62,086 bases of DNA, filler included, from Choristocarpus tenellus KU-1152 (GCA_964200185.2; 15 parts of 15 records of this genome joined end to end with filler, not necessarily neighbours in it); one strand, 5' to 3'; positions 1 through 13,014 are shown, counted from the whole stretch's first letter. The notes: generated from the letters alone by a model not told the origin. Made by a program: numbers and translations.

Positions 1-34
1 TCGTAGGATACTCCTCCCCCTTTCCTTTTTTTTC

Positions 35-86
35 CCAAATCGGCTCCCAGGTGCACCCCCCCCCCCCCCCCCAGATACTTTGGGTC
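35..86. mobile_element. MITE family B, terminal fragment
   Basis: poly-C followed by CCAGATACTTTGGGTC, the family B terminus, at the window start. Confidence 0.7.
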
Positions 87-189
87 CTATTTGAAATGGA
101 TAGGTGAATTACCGAAACTGTGGGCAGTAAGATGCATGACAGGTGTAAGAATGAAACATTCATCCAGAATTCATTGCAAGGAACATCGT

Positions 190-1570
190 AACGGTATGAT
201 AACAGACAACCCTGCTTTCCACATTATTTTATTATTATGCCCTCTGACGTTTTGCAGACGTGTCAGGGTGGAAACCAATGAAAACTATACGTAATATGTC
301 GTTATTAGCCCTGAAGAAATATAATATCCTAAACGTAAGAACACTATATAACACAGTGTGGAAACCTCTAATCTATCATTACTTCACCAATACCAACCGT
401 GCCTTATCCCCGCGACCCCACCTACCCCTGGACTGAGGGGAGGCCCCCCCTACCGCCACGGACAGATGCGCCTGCGGGGAAGCTTTCCACTTTATTCTTT
501 TCTACTAAATATATATATATTATATCCTTTGACTTTTTGGAGATGTGCCCGGGGAATAACCAATGAGAAACCATTTTTTTGTCAGAAGAACCCCAGAAAA
601 AGTAGCAGTTGTCGTAAATGTGAAACGCATTTTTCTATAATCTATTTTCTATTTAACTACCAGCTATGCTACACCACTGCCCTTCTGTGCCTCCAACCAA
701 GCTTAGTCCTGCACCCCAGGGTGAGGACCTAGGGAAGCCTCCCAAGAATCTAAACAAGCCCTTCCTTGCCCATCTCCCTGGTGTCTCCAGGTTAAAATGC
801 ATGACACGTCTAGATAGAGCTACTTGTGTTACGACAAACACTATCTATCGTAGACGGGGTTTGACAGCCATTTTGGATTAGTTGGTTTTGAAAATGTGAA
901 GTTGAGGAGTCAAAAGAGGGGAAGTTTCTAGTGTGATCTGATTTTTGTGACCAGGCGAATTCGTAGGAGGGAATACATATGGTAAGGAGGGTGAGTGGTG
1001 GCAAGGAAAAAAAGAAAATACTTGGAAGGTGGACGAAATGTTAAGGACTAGGTGGGTAGGAGGCAGAAGAGGTAGGAAAGAAATTAAGGAAATGAACGAT
1101 AGGTGTAAGCACGAGGTAGGAACAGCCAGAACCGAAGGAAAAACTAAGGGCGGTGGTGCAGGACAAACAGGGAAAGACTAAGGCAACCTCCGAGCAATAT
1201 TTCCACCCACCCACCCACCCAGTGTGGGATGCTGAAGGAGGGGGGGAGTCAAGTTCGGGCGGGGTAGATTGATGTCATGTGGTCAAAAGGCATGGTATTG
1301 AAGTGGGTGATGGAGGGGTATTCTTGGATAAATAAATGAGGAGTGGTGTAGTGGTTTGGTGGAGGAATGGCGTGGCTTAGTGGAATGTGGTGGAAAGTGT
1401 TTTGGAGGAAGGTGGGCGGATTCGTATGAATTGGTGGCATTGGTTGGTGACTGGAAATCAGTGGCGAAGATTGGTTGCACTGGTTGGTCCCTGCGACATG
1501 GGATTGGATGCATTTATTGGTGACTGGAAACCAGTGAGGAAGATTGGTTGCACTGTTTGGTCACTACTAG
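190..1570 (+). repeat. Dispersed repeat family C, copy 1 (non-coding, unclassified)
   Basis: Shares CTTGCCCATCTCCCTGGTG..TTAAAA..CATGA..CGTCTA, TCAAG(T/C)TCGGGCGGGGTAGATT and GGTGACTGGAAATCAGTGGCGAA with 17099-18025 and/or 31920-32870. Boundaries approximate. Confidence 0.75.
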
Positions 1571-1849
1571 TGGTGTTACAATGGTGGAGGAGGAGTAGAA
1601 TGGATGGAATGCTAAGGCGACACTAATTTGTATTCCAGTGTTCGTGACCAAAGTAAAAAACGAGAGGAGGTAGTGTAGGTAGTTTCAAATAGTAAATAGA
1701 TTCTGTGGAGATATCTTTACATTTACTAAACTCTTAAACTTTTTCAAGACGGTTGTGTGATAGTGGCTTGACCTTTTCCTTGACATAGCTAGAAAATGTT
1801 TGAAGGGATAATATTATATTAGAATATGTTGAGATTGTTTGTTGAAGAC

Positions 1850-3250
1850 ATTGAAATGGTGGTGGGCAATAAGGACCTCAGCGTGATGCCATTGTATTGG
1901 AGATTGTGTTTTAAGGACGGAGAGCTGTAGGATCACGCTAGGCGTAGACTCGACAGAACAGTGCACCATCCCCATGTCTTCGGGCAAGGAAAATGGGCTA
2001 CCTAGCAACGGCATTGAGGATATCCTGACACCACCAGACGGCGTTGTGGATCTCAGGGACAAGGTTCTTCCTGTGTGCAATCAGGTCTGTGATCCTAGCC
2101 TTGGGTTGCCAGAGATGCAGAGGTACTGAAATCCTTGAACTGATTCGACTACTTCCTTGTAGCCCTCTCTGCAAAAGTTGGTGAGATCGCAGTCGTTGCT
2201 GCCAATTAGTGTACGGCCTGTGGATACCCAGGTCGAGCAACAAGAAACCCAGTTGAGCACCCAGATACCCGAGAAAAATCAACAATGCCGACCAAAATGG
2301 AGAAATAGATAAGACGTGAGCTAGATTTTGTTCATACTCGTCGGCGACGGTCTGAATACCAGTACCAAGTCTTCACCACGCCCCAATATACTCCAGGACG
2401 ATACAGCCAGAAGTCTCCCCCCAAATCGAATTGTGCATGACTTCCATACACTCACTGTACACTGCTGGTTGGCCCCAGCATTGGACACAATCCACCCTGG
2501 GCGACCATTCACGGCAATATATCACTCGCACCTAGGGCCCGTACTGAGTCGGCACCAACAGACCCGTGATGGATAACCTCACCACCTCTCCTTGCCCCTA
2601 CGTCTACATCGCTCAGTTCTGCAAGGGTACTCTGCGGACAGAAGCCCATCCGCTAGTCTTCACCAGGGGAAGGGTTGATGTCTCAAAGCTTCAAAAGAAA
2701 CTCCTGGAAGGTGGACCATCTATATGGACAGCTGAGGTATGGAGAGAAAAGAACCCAAACAACATCTAGATGGCAGAGTGATGACAACCGACTGGGAGAT
2801 CATTGCCTGTTTGAGTCATCCCTGTCCGTACCAACTGACGATTCTTTCTTTGTGTAGAACCCTTTGACCTAGAGCACTACACAATAGGCTTGGTAAGACC
2901 ATTGTGGCGTTAACTGCATCGACTGGGTGCTATGAGCAAAAGACTGGCATGGGGCGTGGATAGGTCTCTGGCTTCCGAGTAGCTGATGGAACTACGCTGT
3001 GAAAAAATGAGCTCTCAGGGGATAAAGGTTACTCGTGGTCTGCATGGTTCTCTTTATCTTTTGCTACTCAGCAATTTTTAAGTACAACTGGCATAACACG
3101 TAGTTAACCTACCTTGTCCGGGTCATGGATCAATGACTCTAGACTTCACGATTGTGCCGTTGCATATACAAGCACCCTGTCGAGCTATCTCCCTTGCATT
3201 GGAGTACATCCAGTTTCCTGCTATCATATTCAGTCTGCACTAAAATGTGA
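1850..3250 (-). pseudogene. Degraded retroelement pol-like remnant (possibly DIRS-type RT/RNase H)
   Basis: Frame-broken peptides CTIRFGG.., LLIFLGYL and EIHNAVWWCQDIL weakly recall RT/RNase H motifs of tyrosine-recombinase retroelements. Confidence 0.3.
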
Positions 3251-3722
3251 GAGAGTACAATGTGTTGGGTTGTGTATCTGCTGAGGTGTGATACCTACCG
3301 CCTAGTGCTGTGACCTTACATTGGCACAGACATTTTCGCAGAATAGAAACCAAGCAGAAAATGAGAAAATATGCTTATAATCGATGTGACAATGCATCAT
3401 CACATCGATGTGTCTCCTAGTGGGTACACACACAGCCTGCTCCGACTCACTACCTGTTACCTATGGTCACCATTCAAGTCATCATCAAGCAATAATACTA
3501 AGAGTGTATCACTAAAACCCATTACTATATCACCAATACATCACTATCCATGACCATCAAATTCTTTTACCCCCATCATCGCCCTAACCCCACGGTAGCT
3601 GATACCGGAACCTCCACCCTAGCCGTAAACCCAATGCGTAACCCTAACCCTAGCCCTAGCCCTAACACCGATGCCAAAAAGGGCCTCAACTTCATCGTTC
3701 GATCAATCCCCTCACCTCACAA

Positions 3723-3759
<37 letters not shown>

Positions 3760-3882
3760 GGTCAATCAAATTACACGCCTTTCTTCGCTGGGGAGGATTG
3801 ATTTGATGAAGAATAAAAAAATATGTTATTATTATTATTATTATTTTTTGTGTTTGTGTGTGTGTCGGTCGGTGGCGTGCAG

Positions 3883-4023
3883 GAGCACGATAGGAGCAAC
3901 GTGAGGATCGTGCGTCCAGCCCACGACCAGTGGGGCATATTGAAGATCGTCTTCGTCTTCTGCGACGACTACCTGAAGAAGGTATATACCTTTCCATGGT
4001 TCCACGAACCTTCTTGGCGCGAG
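3883..4023 (+). CDS. Internal exon, possibly an aspartyl/asparaginyl beta-hydroxylase-like (2OG-Fe) protein
   Basis: cag|GAG...GAG|gtgagg, 141 nt, EHDRSNVRIVRPAHDQWGILKIVFVFCDDYLKKVYTFPWFHEPSWRE; GC-rich coding island between AT microsatellites. Family call is from recollection of stramenopile proteins. Confidence 0.55.
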
Positions 4024-4423
4024 GTGAGGGGAGGACAAAAGAACAATAAAATAAAAAAAGAATATCTGACAGGAGTTGAATCATAAAAAAATATATATAT
4101 ATATATATGTATATACATACATACATGTATGTATATGTATTTTCTTTTTTCCTGGCCGTGACGGCAGTACTGTCTTGAAAAAAAAAAATCTCTGCTCGGA
4201 GAGAACAGTATCAAACTTGTTTATATTTTTTTCTCTTTTTTGTTTTGTTTTTATTGGAGTGGTCTTACGCCCCCCGCCTTCCAATGCATTCAGAAGTGGA
4301 AAAGATAGCCAGTCTTCTTTGGGACAAGGACTTTGGGGGGGGGGGGGGGGGCGGGTTGTGCCCCACCAGGTTTTTTTCCCGGGGGGGGTGGGTTTTTTTT
4401 TTGTGGTTCTTGTGGGGACCCAT

Positions 4424-4523
4424 NNNNNNNNNNNNNNNNNNNNNNNNNNNNNNNNNNNNNNNNNNNNTTAATTAATTAANNNNNNNNNNNNNNNNNNNNN
4501 NNNNNNNNNNNNNNNNNNNNNNN
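4424..4523. other. Artificial contig-joining spacer (first of 14)
   Basis: 44 N + TTAATTAATTAA (stops in all six frames) + 44 N. Identical spacers at 7726-7825, 10405-10504, 13015-13114, 16999-17098, 20403-20502, 24596-24695, 29814-29913, 34251-34350, 38155-38254, 42368-42467, 50233-50332, 53737-53836, 58710-58809. Confidence 0.98.
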
Positions 4524-5188
4524 GGGGGGGGGGGGGAGGGGGAGGGGGGGTTACTGTGATGTTTTTGTGTTCTTGTTTCCTTTGACATGGTGACAGTTGT
4601 TCCTTTGACATCTTTGACATCATTACAGTTGTTGATTGGACATACCACGTGCTGTGAGGGTGTTAGTAGAAGTTGTATCATTTGAGGGATGCAATTGTGT
4701 GGGATGATCCTGTTCCCTAACCCTGAGTTTGAATGTAAGAATAAAAAATAAGTATCTATCTATCTATCTTGTCATACAGTGGCAATTTCGGTATATGTAA
4801 AATAATATGTATCAATAGTGCTAGAGTTAAGAGGGGGCTATCCTATTAGGTTAATACAACATGCATGCTGTTTGATTGGTGGGAAAATAACCTCGTGTGT
4901 CTTTTTTTTAATTTTAACTCTGCTACTGACACTCCTACAAATTGTACCTACTCCAAATTATTTTTTATTTTATTTTATTTTTTGTTCTTGTGCTGTTTGT
5001 TTCTCATCAATAGTGCTATCGCCTTCCAGTGACTAATAATGTATATCAATGAATATGATATGATAATAGTGCATTAATATTAAAATAATGACAAAATTTT
5101 TATAATTTATAATATTATTATTAATAATGATAATAAATATTAAATTAATAATTTGCAACTGCTTCTTTGTGCTGGTTTCTTTTCTAAG

Positions 5189-6702
5189 GTACGATGGCAT
5201 TTACAAGGTGGTCAAGTATGGCCCTACCATTGGTAAGAGCGGCCACCGTGTATACCGATACCTTCTCCGCCGCGATGACCCAGAGCCGGCCCCGTGGACG
5301 CCCCAGGGCCGCAAGCTGACACCAGTGCTACGGAGCGATGCCTCCAAGAATGAAAAGGAGAAAAGGAGAAAGGCCAAGCTTGAAGAGGTACACAACATCT
5401 ACTATTATTATTATTATTATTATTATTGTCGCTCCAATATATACATGCGCACACACAATGTGGAACAAAATATACTAATATATATATACACATATATTTC
5501 TATTAGTAGTAGTAGTACTACCCTTTTTTTCAAGTCTTGGAAAATAAATTTTATTGTTGTTTATTTGAGTGATCTTTCAACACATTAGTAGTTATAGTAG
5601 TATTGATAGTGTACATTTATTATTATTATTATTGTAGTTTGAAGTACAACAGGTTCAGGGTTAGGGTTACACACTGTTGCAGAGAGTGGTATGGAACAGG
5701 CATGGAAGGCGTGAATGCTGTAGGATACTATCTTATTATTATTATTATTATTGTGGAGTGAAGCTACTAAGCATGTGAGGGATGATTTTTTTACTGTTGG
5801 TGGAGGGTGTCACTTTTTTTTTACATATTCCATTTTTTTTTTCATGATTGTGAGGATCCCCCCCAAAACATTCTTCAGGTAGGTGGGTAGGTACCCGTGG
5901 CAGAAAAGAGCCAGTTTAAGAACCGGCTCTTTCTTACAAAACAACAATTTGGGTGATTTCTTCGGGGGGAATGCAAATAGAACCTTTTAAAAAATGTATT
6001 CTCAATTATTTTTCTTTTTTTTCTCTTAACCTTTTTTTTCAAATAATTCAATGTGTAAGGAAAAATTTTTTTTATGAAATCAGGTACAGGTGATGTATTA
6101 ATAGAGTACAGAGTGGAATAGGGGTGGGGAGTGACAAGAGCTGCAGATATGCACTGTTTTGGATGTCTACATCAAACTCTTTTTATTTAAAGACAGCAAT
6201 AAAAAGGTATAGTTAGTTTCAGGTACAGGTATACTTCGTTTTTTAATATATTGTTTTCCTTACTGTAGTGCAACATAATAATAAAAATATGTATGTATGT
6301 GTTGTTAGGGTTAGGGATAGGACCCAACTGTTGTTTCTGGTATGTATTCCAGTAAGAGTGATTCCTTGAACATTTTTTATTATTATTATTATTTACAACT
6401 ATTTTGTTTGCAATTGTTATTACCATTTCTTACATGTGTAAATGAATGAATAACATTCAAGGTAGGTGACTGACTCCTTATCAATCAATCATCGAAAGCC
6501 CTGTTTCCACATTGGCTCATTGTTCATTTGCCTTGCCTGCTGGAGATAGCCGTTCCGCTGTTAACCCTAACCTCAACCCCCATTTTTGTGTGCATGTGTG
6601 TGGCAGAGTGGCAAAGACCAGGCAGGAGGAGTTACCGGCGAGCCAGGGGCAAAGCAAGCCAAGACAGAGGCAACAGTCACTGCATCTAAGGAGGACATGC
6701 AG
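5189..6702 (+). CDS. UHRF1: UHRF1/ORTHRUS(VIM)-like SRA-domain protein, two internal exons (5189-5387, 6607-6702)
   Basis: [38 protein letters not shown] closely matches the C-terminal SRA segment of UHRF1 ([36 protein letters not shown]). Canonical splice sites; phase-compatible next exon SGKDQAGG...EDMQ. Confidence 0.85.
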
Positions 6703-7567
6703 GTGTTTGACTTGTACTTGAGTATGATTATATCAACATACAGTCATTCTTGAATTGAATCGAATTGAATCGAATTGAACTGTCCACACATGAGACAGAA
6801 GTCCAAAATCTCCTCAGGTCTTGGGAGGCAGATCCAAAGCCATGGATAGTGAAATGTGTATTAATAGTGACTTGTGGGGGGTGACAGGTCATAACTTCTT
6901 TACCTAATTTAACTTGATATGTTAGTAAGTAGTGCTAGTAGTAGGTAGGGTTAGGGTTAGTTCAAGTTTGAACAACCTTTTGTCGGGGGGGGTTTTAGAC
7001 AAGATTATATGGTTCTTCTGCAACGTTGAACTCCTTCAGTGATGACACTTCTGCCTGTATTGTAATATTATTTTAATATCTTATTTCAATAACTTAATTT
7101 AATATCTCAACCTTTTTGGTTCAGTTAGGGTTAGGGTTGTTTGAATTGTTCAAACTGAAGTCGATTGAACTGCTGCAATTGACAGCTATTGACAGCTATA
7201 GTATATCCACTATCACTATTACTATTTCCATATTCTGGGTACTAAATTCTGCTCCACTAGTGTCTACCATCCCTGGTCATACCTCCTATCTTTGCTTGGT
7301 CCTTACACCCCCTTAGATTATTATTATTATTAACAGTAATAGTAGGAGTAGTATGTTTTTTTTATTGCTTTTTTCAAGTACCTATTTCGAGCCAGGTTTT
7401 GACATTTCCACCAAGTATTGTAGCAGTGTTCTTAGCCTCTTTGTTTTGGATTTGACTTGACAGTACCTTTTGTTGACATCATCTGTGATGTGTTCGTTGT
7501 CATTGAGGTGTTCAGATGAGGTACAACTGGGTTGTGTTGATTGATTTTGTTCTTGTTTGTTGTGGTG

Positions 7568-7725
7568 CACCACCAAGAGGATTCATTCCCATCACCATCA
7601 CCACCAAGAGGGACCGTTCCCATCACCATCACCACCAAGAGGGACCGTTCCCATCACCATCACCACCAAGAGGGACCGTTCCCATCACCGTCACCACCAC
7701 AACCAAGAGGGTCCATTCCCATCAC
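7568..7725 (+). repeat. 31-bp minisatellite, ~5 units
   Basis: Unit CACCAAGAGGGACCGTTCCCATCACCATCAC starting at 7571, 7602, 7633, 7664 and ~7700; runs into the contig end. Confidence 0.92.
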
Positions 7726-7825
7726 NNNNNNNNNNNNNNNNNNNNNNNNNNNNNNNNNNNNNNNNNNNNTTAATTAATTAANNNNNNNNNNNNNNNNNNN
7801 NNNNNNNNNNNNNNNNNNNNNNNNN

Positions 7826-10404
7826 GTCACCTTCAGGGTATGCCTTCTACATGATATTCAAGATAGGTTCCCTTCAGGGTATACCTTCTGTGGAATGTGG
7901 CTTTCACATCACCCCCCCCCATATGTGGTTTGATGCAGGTATCAAAACATAGGTGTCAATGGGAAATGGAGGAAATGTGTGTGCAGAATAATTGACATGA
8001 GCACTGAAAAGAAAAGAAATAGTCTCTCAACAAAAAAAAATATTGTCTTGCAAGACAGTTGTGTACAGAAAAAAAAATATCTGCAAATTAGCAAAAACAA
8101 ATGCAGCATAAGAAGTGTTTTGCGTGAGGCCTCACAACTTAGCACGTGTAACTAAGGGATTTGGTGTCAACCAAATCAGTGCCGCTTCACCTTGATCAGG
8201 GGTGAGATAATCAAACATATCTGGGCACATGGAACAATCACGATTTCGCTGTATCAGATACAACCATGTCTGGTCAAATCTTAAACAAGAAAAAGAAAAG
8301 AGCATAGGTAACGGCTAGCCCTGAAATTCTGTTAACTCCGGCAAGGAGATACAGATAGAAAAACATGAACCATCATCATCTCAAAATGAGGGAAATAAGA
8401 AAAGGGGAGACTCTCAATGAGAGCGCAGAAATCGTGATCAAATTACAGCTGTATCGCTGCAGCACCAATCAGTATATACTTGCGTATATAAACATCAACA
8501 GAGCATATGACATGGATGTTCGAATCAATTAGAAACAAAATGAAAGAAAGGAAAAAGAAAAAACAAAACAAAAACAAGGAGAAGAAATTCAATCGTGAAC
8601 CGTGGATAAACACGGGGATGGAGTTGTCCATACACCATCACTGAAATAACTGTTCATCAAAACAGTTGTCGTCCTGAAAAAGAAAAGAAAAGAAAAGAAA
8701 AATAAAATAAAACAAGTGTGCAAGAGTCATTTGTAAATAAATGAACTCGGGTCTCCGCTGTTCATACATGGGTGCACATGTACAAAAAAAATCCAACATA
8801 TAAAAAGTTGATATGGCCAAATATACATCCATGTGACATATATATCAAAAGATATATATATATATATATGTAACAACACAGCGACAAATCATTGTCTGAA
8901 ACACAAAAAAAGTTTGCAGCACATATATATTTGAAAAAATATATGTATATAATACCTTCTGCAGAAAATTCAATGAAGTATGGAAACTTTTTCATTGATC
9001 AGAATTGATAACCGTCGAAGGTTGCAAGTTGGAATGAGATTTATCCAGACAATGTTGTTGCCTATATACATCAATCATATCTGCACATTGTGGCAAATCA
9101 CGTGGACGATAGAATACATCAGGAGTACGGTCATAGCCTTTAAAACATGATCTATATTCTATGTTCATAAGTGAACGAGGTTCACGGCCAAACTTGTGTC
9201 CCAAAATCGCTTCAATAATGTAAGGACCAATGGTTACCGGGGATTCTAAATCATCCAGATCTGGTAAGGGTAAAGTTCGGCCAAGAAAAAATTCACTGAG
9301 TTTCATAAAATCAGGTTCAGGTGGTTGTGTGTTTGGAATGTAAGGTTTCAAGTGGGCTAAATGAACAGAAACGTCTTTGATGTCACCCTGTTTACGAACA
9401 CAGTAAACTACAGGGGAATCTTAGCGGTGACAGTGAAAGGTCCACGCCAAGGATGAATCACTTTTGGATTAGGTCCGTCACGAACAGTATGTGGCCGATG
9501 CACCAAAACTTGAGCTCCCACTTGAAACACAGGGAAAACAAGAGTTTCATTGTTAGCAATTTTCTTAGCATTCCGTTCTCCCAGATTGCGACGGGCTAAT
9601 TCAAAAGCTAACTGTAAATTCTCAGCTGTTGATTGAGTAAACTCTTGACTAGATTGTGCAACTGTTGATTTAGATAGACAAAAAATAACATGTATCGGTA
9701 AAATTGGCCGCCGTCCAAAAAGTAGGAAGAAAGGTGTTTCTTGTAATGTGGTATTGTATGCCGTATTGTGAGCCAATTGAAGAAATGGAACAACAGTCGC
9801 CCAATTATTCTCTGCAATGTTACTACTGTACATGGATAACATTTGATGCAAAGTAGAATGAACACGCTCTAAGACGGAGTTACCCTGAGGTCTGTAAGGT
9901 GTGGTTCGAGTTTTATGGTACCCAAACACTGTCTGTAATTCCAGAACAAGTTTATTTTCAAATTCCGAACCTTGGTCAGAGTGAAGGATTTCGGGTGCCC
10001 CAAATATTGAAAATATCCTTTCAAACAAAACTTTGGCAAAGGTCACTTCTTGTTTGTCTGGAATGGGAATGAGAAAAGCAAGGCGTGTCGACTGACAAAT
10101 AGCCGAAAGAACATAACGGCAACCGCGGGAAATGTTTTTGTGTGTACAAGATCAACAGCAATCCGTTCAAATGGTCGGGTGGCAGGAATTTGTCCTTGAG
10201 GAAATGTAGAGGACGTCTGTGAGAGGTTTTTCGTCTTTGGCAAAGTTGACATCTTTCACACCACTCTCTAACATCTTTTTGAAACATAGGCCACCAATAT
10301 CGGTCTCGTACCTTGTCCAGAGTATGAGAAAGACCAAAATGACCCCCCGAAGCGGGATGATCATGGCAAGCATGCAACACCAAAGATTGTAATTCTTTTG
10401 GAGG
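7826..10404 (-). mobile_element. Ty3/Gypsy LTR retrotransposon 3' part (integrase + chromodomain, PPT, start of 3' LTR), frameshifted
   Basis: HHCC zinc finger (CHDHPASGGHFG..YWWP..CERCQLC, 10021-10383); rve core (FGAPEILHSDQGSEF, TTPYRPQGNSVLERVH) and WRGPF (9408-10046); chromodomain-like YIIEAILGHK..FKGY (8992-9351); G9 PPT at 7920-7912 followed by TG at 7911. Confidence 0.92.
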
Positions 10405-10504
10405 NNNNNNNNNNNNNNNNNNNNNNNNNNNNNNNNNNNNNNNNNNNNTTAATTAATTAANNNNNNNNNNNNNNNNNNNNNNNNNNNNNNNNNNNNNNNN
10501 NNNN

Positions 10505-10571
10505 AAAAAGAGTTGTTTGCCCGAAACGGATGCCCCCTAACACCCCCCCCCCCCCCCAGATACTTTGACCC
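10505..10571. mobile_element. MITE family B, terminal fragment
   Basis: poly-C + CCAGATACTTTGACCC at the contig start. Confidence 0.7.
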
Positions 10572-10901
10572 TTAAACTACTGGAGTAATACTTCATATTT
10601 CATAGGTGCAGGACATCAGAAATATTGATCTTGGGAATTTGTGCGGTTGTGTGCTGGGTCACGTTTTCTCGCCCACCTTGTCGCAATTTCTACCCTAGGG
10701 CATTTCAAGTACCAATCGAACCGTGGGTGAATCATAAAGATAGGAAGACCCCTATACATCCTTTTCTCAGCATCCATATTCTCAATTTTCAACCTCCCTG
10801 AAAAAGAAAGGCTTTCTTGCTCGAAAACAAGAGATGAATCGAAATATATTCCCTCAGCCACAACCGAATGGGTGGCAAACCCTTGATCCATCTCTTACAA
10901 G

Positions 10902-12290
10902 GTTCAGTACTGGCTATTTGGGAAAGAAAGCTATGCTGGCCTCTAGACTGAGAGTCACAATCCAGGCAGGGGCACGACTGAGTAAAATATTGGATGTTCA
11001 GAGCAGAGGAGGTCTTGGCATTCTAAACCGCCATATCCTACCTTCGGTATCATCTCCTAGCCTGAATCCATCCCCTGATTCTACCAAAACAACACACCAG
11101 CAAGAGTCTTCACCTGACCCTGGCACTGTTCTTGTTGATAAAGCTGAACGTGGAATTGATGCTGTTGCTCGGCATGAGGCCCTGGTGATAGAGTGGGCCT
11201 TGCAAGATTCTGCAGCCCGCCTCTTGCAAGAGTTTATTCGCCATATTGCTCGACGGGGAAAAATGTCTAGGCTGGAAAGGACACTCCCTGTTGTGCCACT
11301 CAATATTGAAGGGATCAAAGAAAAGTATGACACTTTGAATGTGATGCGCCCTTCGAACACTTGCAATGGGGGAGTTTCTAGAGTGAAAGAAGGGTATAGA
11401 ATGAAAACTGATCTTGCTGAGGCAAAGACGCGCCATGAGCAGACAACGGCCATGAACGAGAAGAGCAAGAGGGCAAGAGGACTATCAAGGAAGAGTAGTG
11501 GTAAGGAAGTTCAGCGGCAAGAAAACTGTGTAAGCAAGGAACCATCCCATACTTCCACCTCAGAATACAGCACGTTGAGTGGTGGGAAGTCTCGATGTCT
11601 CCACACAGAAACTACTACTAAGATCCTCTTCACATCAACAACTGTTGGGAACCCGGGGGCACCTCCAGTCCGCCCAAACACAAGTGCTTCTCTAAGAAGG
11701 TCAAATGTCTTTAGTCCCCGTCCTAAAAAGAGACCAGAAACTGCCCGTGCTGTCCTTGCTACAAATCCGAGGACAACCTCCCATGGTGAAGGGGACGAGG
11801 CAATGAAAATCAAAAATTTGTTGGACAAAGGCAAGATTAGAGTCGAAAGTGACGAATCAAGAATGCTTCGGACATGTGCACAAAATAAGAATGCTTCGAA
11901 TGTATGTCCCTTTGTGAGTGACTCCAGGAGGATAGAACAGGGATATCGCATACGTGATTCGGGTCATGGCAGCAAATACAATGACAATGATCAAGAAACA
12001 AGCAGACAAACTCTTGGGGTCTCATCTCTGCACGACCTCTTGTCAGATAGGAAGAGATTGGTGCCTCGGGATGTATCAGGAAGTGTAGCACCTGACGCTA
12101 CATTTCGCCATTGCGAATTTTTTGACGATGCCAAACCTTTAGTAGAGTGCGAGGAGTGGGGTCTGGGGTGTGCACATATCCAGGATCCTCCAAAAAAAAT
12201 GTTGAAAATTAAACCCTGGGGCTGGGAGGAAGGACAGACACGACGGAGTTGGAGAGATAGGCTCCTTGACTCAGAACAGAGAAAGAGACG
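10902..12290 (+). CDS. Large internal exon of an unknown, largely disordered protein (one IQ-like motif)
   Basis: 486-aa open frame 10834-12294; plausible acceptor aag|G at 10901 and donor CG|gtgag at 12291; SAARLLQEFIRHIARR is IQ-like. Confidence 0.65.
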
Positions 12291-12916
12291 GTGAGAAACA
12301 AAAAGAAAAGGTAACAAGAAAAAATGAGAATAGGTTGAGTTCAGCATATAATGTTCTTGGGGTGTCTGGCAATGGACAGGGGAAGACAATCAACTAACAC
12401 ATTACATGAGCTCCTACGCAGTATACGAGATCCTCCTGACCAATGACCTAGCCAAGATTTTTCACCCACAGTAGTTTAACACAACACACCGGCAAGGCTC
12501 TGTTCATTATGGTCAGCCCCACCGAATATAGAATATGTACTGCCAAACCTCCCCTGATGAAAATATTGTTACCATTACCTTCTGTGGTCGTTTTCACAGT
12601 CAGATCAGGATCTGTTCTCAGCTAGTGTGTGGGCACTTATCTTGTTTCCTGACAGATTGGTCTTAAATTCCCTCTCTTGTGCCTTGTGGTCTATAGGTCA
12701 AATGAGAAACACCTCCACAGAAACCTCTCTAGGAAGAGCTATACAGCAAGATGCATTGAAGAGTTGGAGCAACAGGGATCAAATATTATCCCTGAAATAA
12801 TAAGTGTACAGGCAAGCTGATTCTGGTGATGAGGGCACAAGGGTGTGATCTAACGGCATGGCATTGCACGATCATTGGACTCTTTGTCCTCTTTTTCCTG
12901 ATGGCAATTGGTCCTT

Positions 12917-13014
12917 GGTCCAAAGTATCTGGGGGGGGGGGGGGGGGGCGGCTGTCCATTTGGGGTCAATTTTTTTGTGTCGCGGTTTTTGGGGGGTTTG
13001 GTTGCATACGTTGG
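12917..13014 (+). mobile_element. MITE family B, truncated by contig end
   Basis: GGTCCAAAGTATCT(G)nCGGCTGTCCATTTGGGG...TTTGGTTGCATAC. Confidence 0.85.

Noticed and set aside
4468-4479. Recurrent TTAATTAATTAA palindrome as a biological repeat or CRISPR-like array
   Set aside because: Always centred in 44+44 Ns; it is a synthetic six-frame-stop linker
7568-7725. CRISPR array or His-rich ORFs
   Set aside because: Contiguous tandem units with no unique spacers, no cas genes and a eukaryotic context
10998-12389. Minus-strand ORFs overlapping the 486-aa frame (and similarly at 25164, 28767-29711, 48923)
   Set aside because: Antisense shadows of real coding exons
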